A stretch of 64,000 bases of DNA from a virus: IMG/VR virus record IMGVR_UViG_3300045988_144755. One strand, written 5' to 3'. The notes beneath the pieces are model-generated. The model made no database searches. It was not told where the DNA came from and saw only the letters and a program-made list of their open reading frames with translations. Shown here in pieces: positions 56,214-64,000 of the stretch; within the stretch, counting starts at the first letter, position 1, and each line of letters begins with the position of its first letter. A program made the translations under genes and the position numbers.

Positions 56214-57404
56214 TTAAAGGTTGGTTGCATCACTTGCACCCTCAGAGTTCCCCGCCGTCAGTCGGCTCGTGTGAGCCTTGAAGCAGTTCAGCATCACGGG
56301 CAGAGCCTTGCCCGACTTGGCGAGGGTGACGAACCGAAGCGCCCGGCTCATCTGGATGGAGCTGTTGTTCTCCAGCCGGGACTGCACCAGCAGGGCAATG
56401 CGGTCGTCCTCATGGTTCTGCAAGTTCACGAACTCGTAGTCGTTCTTCGACAGGGCGGGGGCCAGCACTTCATAGGATGCCGGATCCGCCAGCATCCCGA
56501 CGACCTCGTTGATGCGCTTCTGTTTCGCATCGTCGCCAGCGTATCCATTGACGACAGCATAACCTGCACCGGAGAGCGAAACATACTCTGCCTCCAGCTT
56601 CGCCCGTGCCGTCTTTGTCCTCGCCGCGCTCACCTTCATGGGCGGCTCCATGCCGAGCGTCCGCATCATGGAGCAGAACTTGTCCGCACTGCGGATGTTC
56701 TGGAGGAACTCTTCCTTCGTGTGGAAATGGAAGATGCGGGACAGGTCAAACCGCGCCCGTTCAGCCCGTTCCTCCAGCTCCTTAACGTAGGTATCGAGCA
56801 GGCTCGGCACCAACCGGAAGATGGGTTGCGTCCCCATCCGGCAGATGATGTTGGAAAACAGGATGGCATCCTTCGTAACCAGCCCTGACTCCAGCATGGT
56901 GTGCATGTTCTCGGAGCACTGCGTCACATCGTCGGCGCAGTATTGCTTGAAGAACTTCCGTTCTTCGGACGTGAAGTCATGGGGCCAATGCTTTCCGTCA
57001 CTGACCACAGTGCCCGCCTTCTTCTCCCCGGTGCCGAGCAACTTCGTCAACCGGGCGTGGCTCTCGTTCCCCAATCGGGACAGGCCAATCCATCGGGAGA
57101 TGGTCATTGTGTCGAGGCACAGGTACGGCACAATCCCGTAATGCTCGGAGAGGATGAGCGCGTCGAACCCGTTGAGGTTGTGCCCCACAACGATGCAGTC
57201 CTTGCGGTTCGCAAGGTCGAGGGCTTGGAGCACGGCGGGTATCTCATGCGTCTCGAACACCTCAGTCTTGCCCCGGTCAATGCGGATGCCCATGAGCTGG
57301 ACTTCAAACCGGGGGTCGCGAATGTATTCAATCGGCCCCATCTTGCTCAGGGTATAATCCTGATGCCGCCAGTAGGATTCATAGTCGATTGTGATTATAT
57401 GCAC
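56214..57404 (-). CDS. Family-A DNA polymerase, N-terminal fragment (3'-5' exonuclease + start of pol domain) (396 aa)
   Basis: Exo I DYESYW, Exo II HNLNGFD, Exo III YCADDV; ends ...HTSRLTAGNSEGASDATNL within the TGR-type motif that normally precedes motif A. Confidence 0.8.
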   Translation of the reverse strand: MHIITIDYESYWRHQDYTLSKMGPIEYIRDPRFEVQLMGIRIDRGKTEVFETHEIPAVLQALDLANRKDCIVVGHNLNGFDALILSEHYGIVPYLCLDTMTISRWIGLSRLGNESHARLTKLLGTGEKKAGTVVSDGKHWPHDFTSEERKFFKQYCADDVTQCSENMHTMLESGLVTKDAILFSNIICRMGTQPIFRLVPSLLDTYVKELEERAERARFDLSRIFHFHTKEEFLQNIRSADKFCSMMRTLGMEPPMKVSAARTKTARAKLEAEYVSLSGAGYAVVNGYAGDDAKQKRINEVVGMLADPASYEVLAPALSKNDYEFVNLQNHEDDRIALLVQSRLENNSSIQMSRALRFVTLAKSGKALPVMLNCFKAHTSRLTAGNSEGASDATNL

Positions 57405-57447
57405 AATGTCGCTCCAGTTTATGGCCCCCCGAAGGGGGCCGCTCTGC

Positions 57448-58020
57448 TCAATGGAACACTGCCATGATCTGTGCCTGTTCCTGCGGGGTCAGGGACAGGA
57501 CATCGACCAGCACTTCCTGCGGGAGCTCGCTCTTCGCCACGAGGTCTTCAATAGTGTTGACGCCAGCCTGAACGAAGGACAATACATAGCGAAGCAGGTC
57601 GCCCGTCATGACGACATCATGCTTTACGATGACGGACGCACGGTCAACGCCGATGTCGTCCACCGAGAACAGGCTCGGCTTCACGGGCGCACCCTGCGCA
57701 GCGGGCGCGGGGGCAGGCTCGGCAACTTCAGGCATGGATTCCGCCGCCTTCTTCTTGGAGGCCCGCTTCTTGGGGGCGGGGCGTTCCGCCGCTTCCAATG
57801 CGGCGAGGCGGTCGAGGATGTTCTCAAGCGTGGCCTTGTCGGTGCCGCCGCCCTGCTGGAGAACCATCTGTTCCAGTGCCGTACAACGGCGCTCAAGCCT
57901 GTCCACATCGCCGCCCATCTGATGGAGCGTGGCTTCTGCATCCTTCAGCCGCTTGATGATGGTGGGCAGAAGCTGGTTCAACAACACGTCCAACGGATTG
58001 CTCTGTACTTCGTCGCTCAT
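57448..58020 (-). CDS. Hypothetical protein (190 aa)
   Basis: Lys/Ala/Pro-rich linker between two structured halves. Confidence 0.5.
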   Translation of the reverse strand: MSDEVQSNPLDVLLNQLLPTIIKRLKDAEATLHQMGGDVDRLERRCTALEQMVLQQGGGTDKATLENILDRLAALEAAERPAPKKRASKKKAAESMPEVAEPAPAPAAQGAPVKPSLFSVDDIGVDRASVIVKHDVVMTGDLLRYVLSFVQAGVNTIEDLVAKSELPQEVLVDVLSLTPQEQAQIMAVFH

Positions 58021-58082
58021 ATAAACCTCCGTAATTAGACATTAGCTTGCTTATAGCATTTATCCTAAGTGTTGTAAAGCTA

Positions 58083-58232
58083 TCACTTAGAAAGTAAATG
58101 TTCCAAAGCGTCCACCCTATGTTCCATGTTCATCCTCCACTGATGGTGCTCGTAGCTCTCGCACGAGTTGACCAGAAGGATCATGACCATCACAAGGAAC
58201 CATAGGAAGTACGCAATCTTAGTACCCATCAT
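58083..58232 (-). CDS. Small TM protein (~50 aa)
   Basis: Internal Met (MMGTKIAYFLWFLVMVMILLV) of ORF 58083..58304. Confidence 0.3.
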   Translation of the reverse strand: MMGTKIAYFLWFLVMVMILLVNSCESYEHHQWRMNMEHRVDALEHLLSK

Positions 58233-58587
58233 CGTTGTCCTCCCACAAGGTACCGTAGCGCCCGCTCCAGTAGGAACATACCGTATACCGGGCGGACTTA
58301 ACAAAGAATCTGAACTTGTCGCAAACGTAAACGTGCTTCCCCCTATTAGGGCTCACGTTCCGCAAGTACCTGCATGTCGAGCACCGCCCGTTATCCACAC
58401 GGCGGTACCCGATTTCGTCCCGGATGTTCGGGACATTGGGCAGTCCATCCGCCTTCTCGAAGAGCGAATGAACCGCAGCGGGGGGGGCGTCTGGGTTCAG
58501 CACGCACATGATGCACACGTTGTCCCCGCTGCGGTAGTGACTGCAATACTGGCACCTAGGTTCCGGCGTTTCCCTCCATCGCGACAT
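58219..58587 (-). CDS. Cys-rich (two C4-like clusters) small protein (~123 aa; start uncertain)
   Basis: CQYCSH...CIMC and CSTCRY...VCDKF clusters. Confidence 0.4.
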   Translation of the reverse strand: MSRWRETPEPRCQYCSHYRSGDNVCIMCVLNPDAPPAAVHSLFEKADGLPNVPNIRDEIGYRRVDNGRCSTCRYLRNVSPNRGKHVYVCDKFRFFVKSARYTVCSYWSGRYGTLWEDNDDGY

Positions 58588-58795
58588 CAGGCTTGCTCCT
58601 TTGCCACTGCCGCAGGATAGCCTGTGTATTTTTGATAGCCCTTTGATCACTGGTGCTTGTGCTCACCGTGATAATCTTCTCCCCATCCGGCGACAGCAGG
58701 CGCATATGTTTCTTCCTATACTGAAACGTCCAGCCGTCATTGACAAGCCCCACAATGAACTTGTCCATGTCCTTGTTGTTCACATACCGAGCCAT
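58556..58795 (-). CDS. HicA/YcfA-like small protein (79 aa)
   Basis: FIVGLVNDGWTFQYRKKHMRLLSPDGEKIITVSTSTSD...AILRQ follows the HicA pattern (DGW...H...P.G..(I/V)TV...(T/S)...IL(R/K)Q). Confidence 0.45.
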   Translation of the reverse strand: MARYVNNKDMDKFIVGLVNDGWTFQYRKKHMRLLSPDGEKIITVSTSTSDQRAIKNTQAILRQWQRSKPDVAMEGNAGT

Positions 58796-58798
58796 CGC

Positions 58799-60508
58799 CT
58801 ACCTCACCAACGCTTTCCTGAGCATGGCGAACATCGCCGCAGGAAGTTCCCTAATGTGCTTAATGACCTTGCAATCCTTAATCTGTTCGGACACTTCCTC
58901 TATTGCACCGCAGTCTATTCCGACGCCGAACACCTCCACGTTGTTCCGGGCCGCCACTTGCAACACGTACCGAAGGTACTCCATATCCTGCGCCTCGCCA
59001 TCGGTGACGAGCAGGATAATCTTTCGGGAATCATCCCAATAGTTGAAGAAGCTCAGGGCATTTTCGACCGCCGAACCCGTGGGCGTGCCGCCGCTCGCCT
59101 GCATCCTGCTGAACCGGGAGATGTGATCCGACTGAGACAGCGCCCGCTCAAACGTCACCGCACTGTAATAATAAACGTCCGTCCTGATGCCGGGGATTTT
59201 GCGCAGGCTTCGGGCCAGCGCGTAAGTAGAAATGCTCGCCATCATTTCCCGCTGCCCCTGCATGGAACCAGAGCAGTCGGCTAGGATGACAACCTGAGCG
59301 TTGAACTTCAGCCGTTCCTCCTTGCGGTAGAACACACGCGGATTGTTGACGTTCAGGCGGTAGACTTTCCGGGGGTCGAGCTTGCCACGGGAGGTATACC
59401 CGCCGCGGTTCAACACAATGGACTGCATCAACCCGGACAGTTGGGCATCCAGTTGCGCCGTGATGCTCATGGCCTTCGTAACAAAGCCGAAGGGCATTCG
59501 ATCACCCTTCGCAAAGAGGGACAGCGGCGGGACGGAACGCACTATGAATGCCCTGCGGCTCCTGTCCTCAAACATATTCATAAACTTGTTGTGCATTGCC
59601 TGCAATTCAGCGCCCGCACTCTTGCCGATGTCCGTAAAAGTTGCCTGTTTCCCCGCGTCAGCGTTCTCGCGAAAAGAAAACTCCGCTGCTTCCCGCAGCA
59701 TGTCCTTCATCTCTTCGGCAATTTTCTTTGGACTGTTGACGTAGTTCTTTACCTTGTCCTGTAGACTCTTCTTGAACGAGTGCGAATCGGCAGGGTCATG
59801 CCCGGCATACGGGCGTTGAATGTACTGCTTGATGGCTTCGTACATTTCCTTACTGAACTGGCAACTAGCATACGTTGAAGTAAGTATGGGGAACCACTTC
59901 TCCATAATCGGCACAAGGTTCTTGGTCAGGCCGGGAGCCAAGCACTCCACGGCCTTCTGTTCGGACGGAACGAATGGAAACAAATCAGCGACCAGCTTCG
60001 CCCGCAGATAATACAGGGTGTAGTTCATGACGTGCCTGACGAACATCTGGAAATGCAGCTCCAGATTGTTCTGTATCTTTCTCAGGAGGGCAATGCTAGG
60101 CTTGTCGTAGTTCTCCGTAAATAGATGCTTGGACAACCAACGCAAGTTCTTCTCGCATCCAACGTACCGCTTCCCCATCTCACGCTCAACGTAAATATCC
60201 TCAGCTATGTTTATGAACGACATCACATACTCAGGGTCGTCACGCAACGATTCCAAAAGGGTAAAGTCAGTGAACCGGACATGGCCCGCTTCGTGGTCGA
60301 GGTATCCCCGCACCATCCGCATATGCTGTTTGTCCAGCACATCCACGGTCGGGATGCTGATGCTGTAGGATGTCTTCCCCGTATACGGGTCTTGCTTTTG
60401 GTATGTCATTGCATTGCTGCCGCTGATGTCCACATCAACATTGTAGTTCAGGGACACAGCCTTGGCGACCATCGCCAAGGTTGCGCATTCCAGATTGCCG
60501 CACCTCAT
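58799..60508 (-). CDS. vWA-domain protein, CobT-like (569 aa)
   Basis: MIDAS motif VVILADCSGSMQGQ, later T/D residues; large alpha-helical N-terminal region. Confidence 0.75.
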   Translation of the reverse strand: MRCGNLECATLAMVAKAVSLNYNVDVDISGSNAMTYQKQDPYTGKTSYSISIPTVDVLDKQHMRMVRGYLDHEAGHVRFTDFTLLESLRDDPEYVMSFINIAEDIYVEREMGKRYVGCEKNLRWLSKHLFTENYDKPSIALLRKIQNNLELHFQMFVRHVMNYTLYYLRAKLVADLFPFVPSEQKAVECLAPGLTKNLVPIMEKWFPILTSTYASCQFSKEMYEAIKQYIQRPYAGHDPADSHSFKKSLQDKVKNYVNSPKKIAEEMKDMLREAAEFSFRENADAGKQATFTDIGKSAGAELQAMHNKFMNMFEDRSRRAFIVRSVPPLSLFAKGDRMPFGFVTKAMSITAQLDAQLSGLMQSIVLNRGGYTSRGKLDPRKVYRLNVNNPRVFYRKEERLKFNAQVVILADCSGSMQGQREMMASISTYALARSLRKIPGIRTDVYYYSAVTFERALSQSDHISRFSRMQASGGTPTGSAVENALSFFNYWDDSRKIILLVTDGEAQDMEYLRYVLQVAARNNVEVFGVGIDCGAIEEVSEQIKDCKVIKHIRELPAAMFAMLRKALVR

Positions 60509-60522
60509 CTCTCCTCCTTTTC

Positions 60523-61500
60523 CTAGAACAATCCACGGGCGTTGATGATGCCAGCCGTAGCCTTGAACTTCTCAAGCAAGTCGTTCATCTCATCGGGCTC
60601 AACGGGCACAGCGGGTTCCTCCCTGCGCCCCGTTGCGGCATCGAACATGCTGAGAACGTCCGTCTTCTGTTCCGTCTGGCGGCGGGCACACAGGGCCTTG
60701 ATCGCCTCGGCACTCGACATGGCGGACAGGAGCCCGGAGAACATGCGCACGATGTCCGGGTTCTTCAGCTTCTCCGTATCATCCACAGACATGAAGGCAT
60801 CCCGCAGAAAGGCATGGGCTGCGCCGACATCAGGATGCAGGTAGGACAACCCGTCCAGCTTTTGCAGGACGGTGCGCACCGGGCGCAGGGACTTGCGGGT
60901 GACGGTGGCCTTGCCCTTGAAGACTTCCTCGTAGATGTCCCGAATCATGCCCGCCACTTCTTCAAGCGCCGTGTCTCCCAAGCAACCGATGGTTGCGCCA
61001 AGGTTGTTCCCGTTGCTGGTCGTCGCCACGGCAATGGGCTCGACCTTGAACAGTTGCCAGTGGAACTTGAACTTGCCACGCAGGGCATCCTTGGATGGCA
61101 GAGCATTGCGCAGGATGCCCGCCCATTGCGGGAACGCCTTGAGCCACTCCTCGGTTTCGGCATCGTAGCTTGCAAGGAAGTCCTGCACGGCGGCATTGAA
61201 CTCGGATGCAACGCCCTCCAGCATCTGGTTGGCTTCGTCCATCTTGTCCTCGTGCATGAGCCAGCCGCCGAGGAACCGGACGCCCATCTTGTCGAGGCCA
61301 CACAGGGCGCGGGCCTTCAACGTGTTGAAGATGCGCATCTTGGCGGGGTCAAAGAGGCGCTTCGATCCCATTGTCGCAAGGTCTTCGGGCGGGAGCTTGT
61401 CGGCATCGGGGATGTCCTCCCTGCGGAGCCTAGCGCGTGCCGACCAGATGCTTACGTCAAGGTGTACGCAACCGGAGTTGTTAACGACTGTCGTGTTCAT
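60523..61500 (-). CDS. Hypothetical protein encoded between the AAA and vWA genes (325 aa)
   Basis: Tightly packed (15–16 nt gaps) in the CobS-like / ? / CobT-like triad. Confidence 0.55.
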   Translation of the reverse strand: MNTTVVNNSGCVHLDVSIWSARARLRREDIPDADKLPPEDLATMGSKRLFDPAKMRIFNTLKARALCGLDKMGVRFLGGWLMHEDKMDEANQMLEGVASEFNAAVQDFLASYDAETEEWLKAFPQWAGILRNALPSKDALRGKFKFHWQLFKVEPIAVATTSNGNNLGATIGCLGDTALEEVAGMIRDIYEEVFKGKATVTRKSLRPVRTVLQKLDGLSYLHPDVGAAHAFLRDAFMSVDDTEKLKNPDIVRMFSGLLSAMSSAEAIKALCARRQTEQKTDVLSMFDAATGRREEPAVPVEPDEMNDLLEKFKATAGIINARGLF

Positions 61501-61515
61501 GATGTACCTCCATTG

Positions 61516-62460
61516 TTAACCGAAGATTCTCTGGCGCAGTTCCGCCAGAACGATACTGCCCGCCGTGCTCGCCCGGAATCCGAGTGCCCGGTCAAAGGCG
61601 TACTCCACAAGATCAATCCCATTAGCACTGATAGGCTTGTACATGACGATGAACTGAGCCCACCGGATAAGGGCGCGGGTCGAAAGGGTGATGTCGAGCG
61701 GTTCATCCATGCCGTTCGTTTCCTTCCCGACGAACAGGTTCCGCACTGCCCCGGCATACTCCACCATCTTGCCGACCAGTTCCTTGGGCAGTTGCGGCAC
61801 GGCATATTGGAGAAGGGACTCTTCAATATCCGGCGAGAGGTAGTCCGCCCTGACCGCCATCATGCGGTCGAGCAGGGCCATATTCTGGCGCAGGACGCCC
61901 TGATACATGCCCGTCTCGTCGCCGTTGCCGTTCGAGTTCGCAGTGCAGGCAAACCGGAACATGGGGCTTGGCTTGATGATCTCGCCCCCGTTCTCCGGGA
62001 TGACAAGCGGACTTCCGTCAAGGATGGAGTTCAAGCCTGCGGCTGTGGACGGGTCGAGCAAGTCAATCTCGTTGAGGAGGAAGAGCCCGCCATCCCGCAT
62101 GGCCTTAGCCAACGGGCCGTACTCGTAGGACATATCCCCATCAATCACGACATGATGCCCCACGAGATCGGGGAACTCCAACCTGCTGTGCCCGGTGATT
62201 TCATAGACGGGGTAGTTGAGCTTCGCCACCACCTGCTTGATGCAGGTCGTCTTGCCGCACCCGGTCGGGCCGAAGAGGAACAGGGGTTCCCGCACATGGA
62301 TGATCCACATGACGACATCCACAGACCATGCGGGGAAGTGGTAGTAGGGATTGACCGCCGGGGTGAAGGCGCTCGGCTCAGACCAGCCGGGGAGCTTCAC
62401 GCCCGAAGGGTTCTTCGTAAACAATTCGCCAGCATCAAACATCACAATCTCGCTGCTCAT
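61516..62460 (-). CDS. AAA+ ATPase, CobS/MoxR-like (314 aa)
   Basis: Walker A LFLFGPTGCGKTT, Walker B GLFLLNEIDL, sensor/arginine-finger-type residues downstream. Confidence 0.75.
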   Translation of the reverse strand: MSSEIVMFDAGELFTKNPSGVKLPGWSEPSAFTPAVNPYYHFPAWSVDVVMWIIHVREPLFLFGPTGCGKTTCIKQVVAKLNYPVYEITGHSRLEFPDLVGHHVVIDGDMSYEYGPLAKAMRDGGLFLLNEIDLLDPSTAAGLNSILDGSPLVIPENGGEIIKPSPMFRFACTANSNGNGDETGMYQGVLRQNMALLDRMMAVRADYLSPDIEESLLQYAVPQLPKELVGKMVEYAGAVRNLFVGKETNGMDEPLDITLSTRALIRWAQFIVMYKPISANGIDLVEYAFDRALGFRASTAGSIVLAELRQRIFG

Positions 62461-62471
62461 CTCACTATCTC

Positions 62472-62864
62472 CTAGTAGATTCGTACCTTGCCATCGTTCA
62501 TGTAGGGGAAGACTGCGGGGAAGAGGAAGGAAATGTTCTCAAGCGCACGGGCCTCGCTGTCTGTGAAGTACGCCGGGTACCCTGAGAACGAGGTGCCGTA
62601 CCCGTTGCGCACGCACCAGAAGGAGAGGCCCGCAAGCATCAGGGTTTGGGGGCTCCAGCTATCCATGTCGAGCCCGCATTGCTGCATGTGGTGAGCGAAC
62701 TCCCTCGCTTCTTCAAGGGCAATCTCCATATCCCTTGGGTCTATGTAGTCTCTGGATTCCGAGGGGGCATAGCCGTACTCCCTCGGCAATTCATCATGGG
62801 CAATGGACATAGCCATGTTCAGCATGTGCGTTGCGAACAGCTTCACCTTTGCTTCATCTGCCAT
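62472..62864 (-). CDS. Hypothetical protein (130 aa)
   Basis: ORF-track ORF, co-directional, short intergenic gap. Confidence 0.5.
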   Translation of the reverse strand: MADEAKVKLFATHMLNMAMSIAHDELPREYGYAPSESRDYIDPRDMEIALEEAREFAHHMQQCGLDMDSWSPQTLMLAGLSFWCVRNGYGTSFSGYPAYFTDSEARALENISFLFPAVFPYMNDGKVRIY

Positions 62865-62905
62865 ACTGCACCTCCAACAAGGGGGGCTTGCGCCCCCCGT
62901 TCATG

Positions 62906-63418
62906 TTACTGCCAGACCTGATTTTCATCCGGTTCCGCGGTCTCGAACTCATCCCCATGCAGGACTTCCTTAATCCCCATCGCGATGGCATCTTCCTCCA
63001 CACCGAGTTCCCTCATCTTGTCAATGATTGTCTGCATAAGCACCATATAGAAACCAACCCTCAGAACCTCGTAGTCTTCGCCACTGTCCTGCGTCAGCGT
63101 AGCCATGCTCTTGGAGGCAGCCTCAAGGGAGGCCATCGTTGCGGAGAACAGGGCGTTGGGGTTCGCCTTGCCGATAACGGCGAACAGGCAATGCCCCGGA
63201 TTCTTCTCCTCGTTTTCCTTCTTGTCGAACCCGGCGTTCACGTTGAAGATAATGTGGCTCATGCCCCCAAGGTTATCCCGCAGGAACTGTTCCAGCTTGG
63301 GCCAGTCTTTGTTGAGAAAGTTGGTGAGGATAGCTTCAGTGGAATTGTTGCGTTCCTCTTCGGTAAGGTCACTGATGGCGGCATCGTTCACAAGGCGGCG
63401 TTCTTCAATGTTGTTCAT
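62906..63418 (-). CDS. Acidic hypothetical protein (170 aa)
   Basis: ORF-track ORF, co-directional. Confidence 0.5.
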   Translation of the reverse strand: MNNIEERRLVNDAAISDLTEEERNNSTEAILTNFLNKDWPKLEQFLRDNLGGMSHIIFNVNAGFDKKENEEKNPGHCLFAVIGKANPNALFSATMASLEAASKSMATLTQDSGEDYEVLRVGFYMVLMQTIIDKMRELGVEEDAIAMGIKEVLHGDEFETAEPDENQVWQ

Positions 63419-63492
63419 GGTTCCTCCTTTCAGGTTTATGACAAGGGCCGCGCCCTTTCAGCAGGCACGGCCCGGCATCGTGCTGATTGCTG

Positions 63493-63873
63493 TTAGTCCT
63501 TGGATTCCGCACTGTCCCTGATTGCCTCAGCGACATTGAGGATCATCTTGTACCCTTCCGGCTCAGTGACGAACGACTGCGGGATGTCCTCAGCCTTGGC
63601 GAAGAGGTGCTTCAGCAAGCTATGGCAAAGGTCGCGGGGAATCATCAGGGCATTCCCGGAGCACGCCTTGCCCTCATCGACACCCTCCATGATCAGGATG
63701 AGGTCACGCTCCTGCTGGAGCGCCGCGTGTTCCTCGCACAAAGCAATCCCGGTCATGGTGTGGCGGTCGAACCTGTTCTTCAACTGCCTGTCCATAAGAA
63801 TCTCGCCCGTCTCCCATTCCTCCCCGCACATGGGGCAATACTTCGTCGCCAAGGTAACGTAGCTCTTATCCAT
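63493..63873 (-). CDS. Zinc-ribbon hypothetical protein (126 aa)
   Basis: CPMCGEEW...C..H..C cluster; AAAGGAGAG RBS on the minus strand. Confidence 0.5.
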   Translation of the reverse strand: MDKSYVTLATKYCPMCGEEWETGEILMDRQLKNRFDRHTMTGIALCEEHAALQQERDLILIMEGVDEGKACSGNALMIPRDLCHSLLKHLFAKAEDIPQSFVTEPEGYKMILNVAEAIRDSAESKD

Positions 63874-63894
63874 AACATCTCTCCTTTACATACC

Positions 63895-64000
63895 TAAATA
63901 CTTTTCAAAGTTGGAGCCTTCACGCACGGCGCAAATGTCGTTCTCCCCTACCCAGAGGTTGAACCGCTTGCCGTCCACCTCGATGTATCCGTTATCCACA
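63895..64000 (-). CDS. 3' end of a further leftward gene (partial, runs off window)
   Basis: Open frame from window edge to TAG (complement) at 63895–63897. Confidence 0.3.

Overview
The window looks like most of a ~60% GC tailed-phage genome (or prophage), organised as two convergent transcription arms. All protein identifications below rest on motifs I recognised by eye; no database search was possible.

- **Rightward arm (~2.5–45.1 kb):**
  - AT-rich, repeat-rich left end (1–2.5 kb) with an inverted-repeat-flanked low-GC gene and a sigma70-like promoter.
  - Small early genes.
  - A probable lysis pair: YkuD-like enzyme plus Phage_holin_4_1-like holin.
  - A large block of receptor-binding proteins:
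    - a PF03406-like repeat fibre;
    - two paralogous fibres sharing an N-terminal 'QQYRGTTxQHATYTGPxGE' anchor;
    - a PKD + BspA-type LRR protein;
    - a 1134-aa Ig-like repeat adhesin on the opposite strand.
  - Terminase small and large subunits, portal, scaffold-like protein and major capsid protein.
  - T7-like large internal virion proteins.
  - A collagen-like fibre.
- **Convergent terminator region (45.15–45.6 kb).**
- **Leftward replication arm (45.6–64 kb):**
  - PrimPol–helicase, SF2 helicase, VRR-NUC and Cas4-like nucleases.
  - A family-A DNA polymerase split into two ORFs by a free-standing HNH endonuclease.
  - A HicA-like small protein.
  - A vWA (CobT-like) / unknown / AAA (CobS/MoxR-like) triad.
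- **Most notable observation:** a 49-bp inverted-repeat pair (14713–14761 and 16079–16127) brackets the 3' end of the Ig-like adhesin gene and a promoterless, oppositely oriented alternative C-terminal cassette. This is the architecture of an invertible tail-fibre switch, but no invertase is visible in the window. The alternative cassette and the adjacent LRR gene sit in a low-GC island (~12.78–15.55 kb).

No tRNA, CRISPR array, integrase or reverse transcriptase was recognised.

Many long ORFs in the six-frame track run antisense to these genes. They have R/G/A/P-rich junk composition typical of GC-rich DNA and were rejected.
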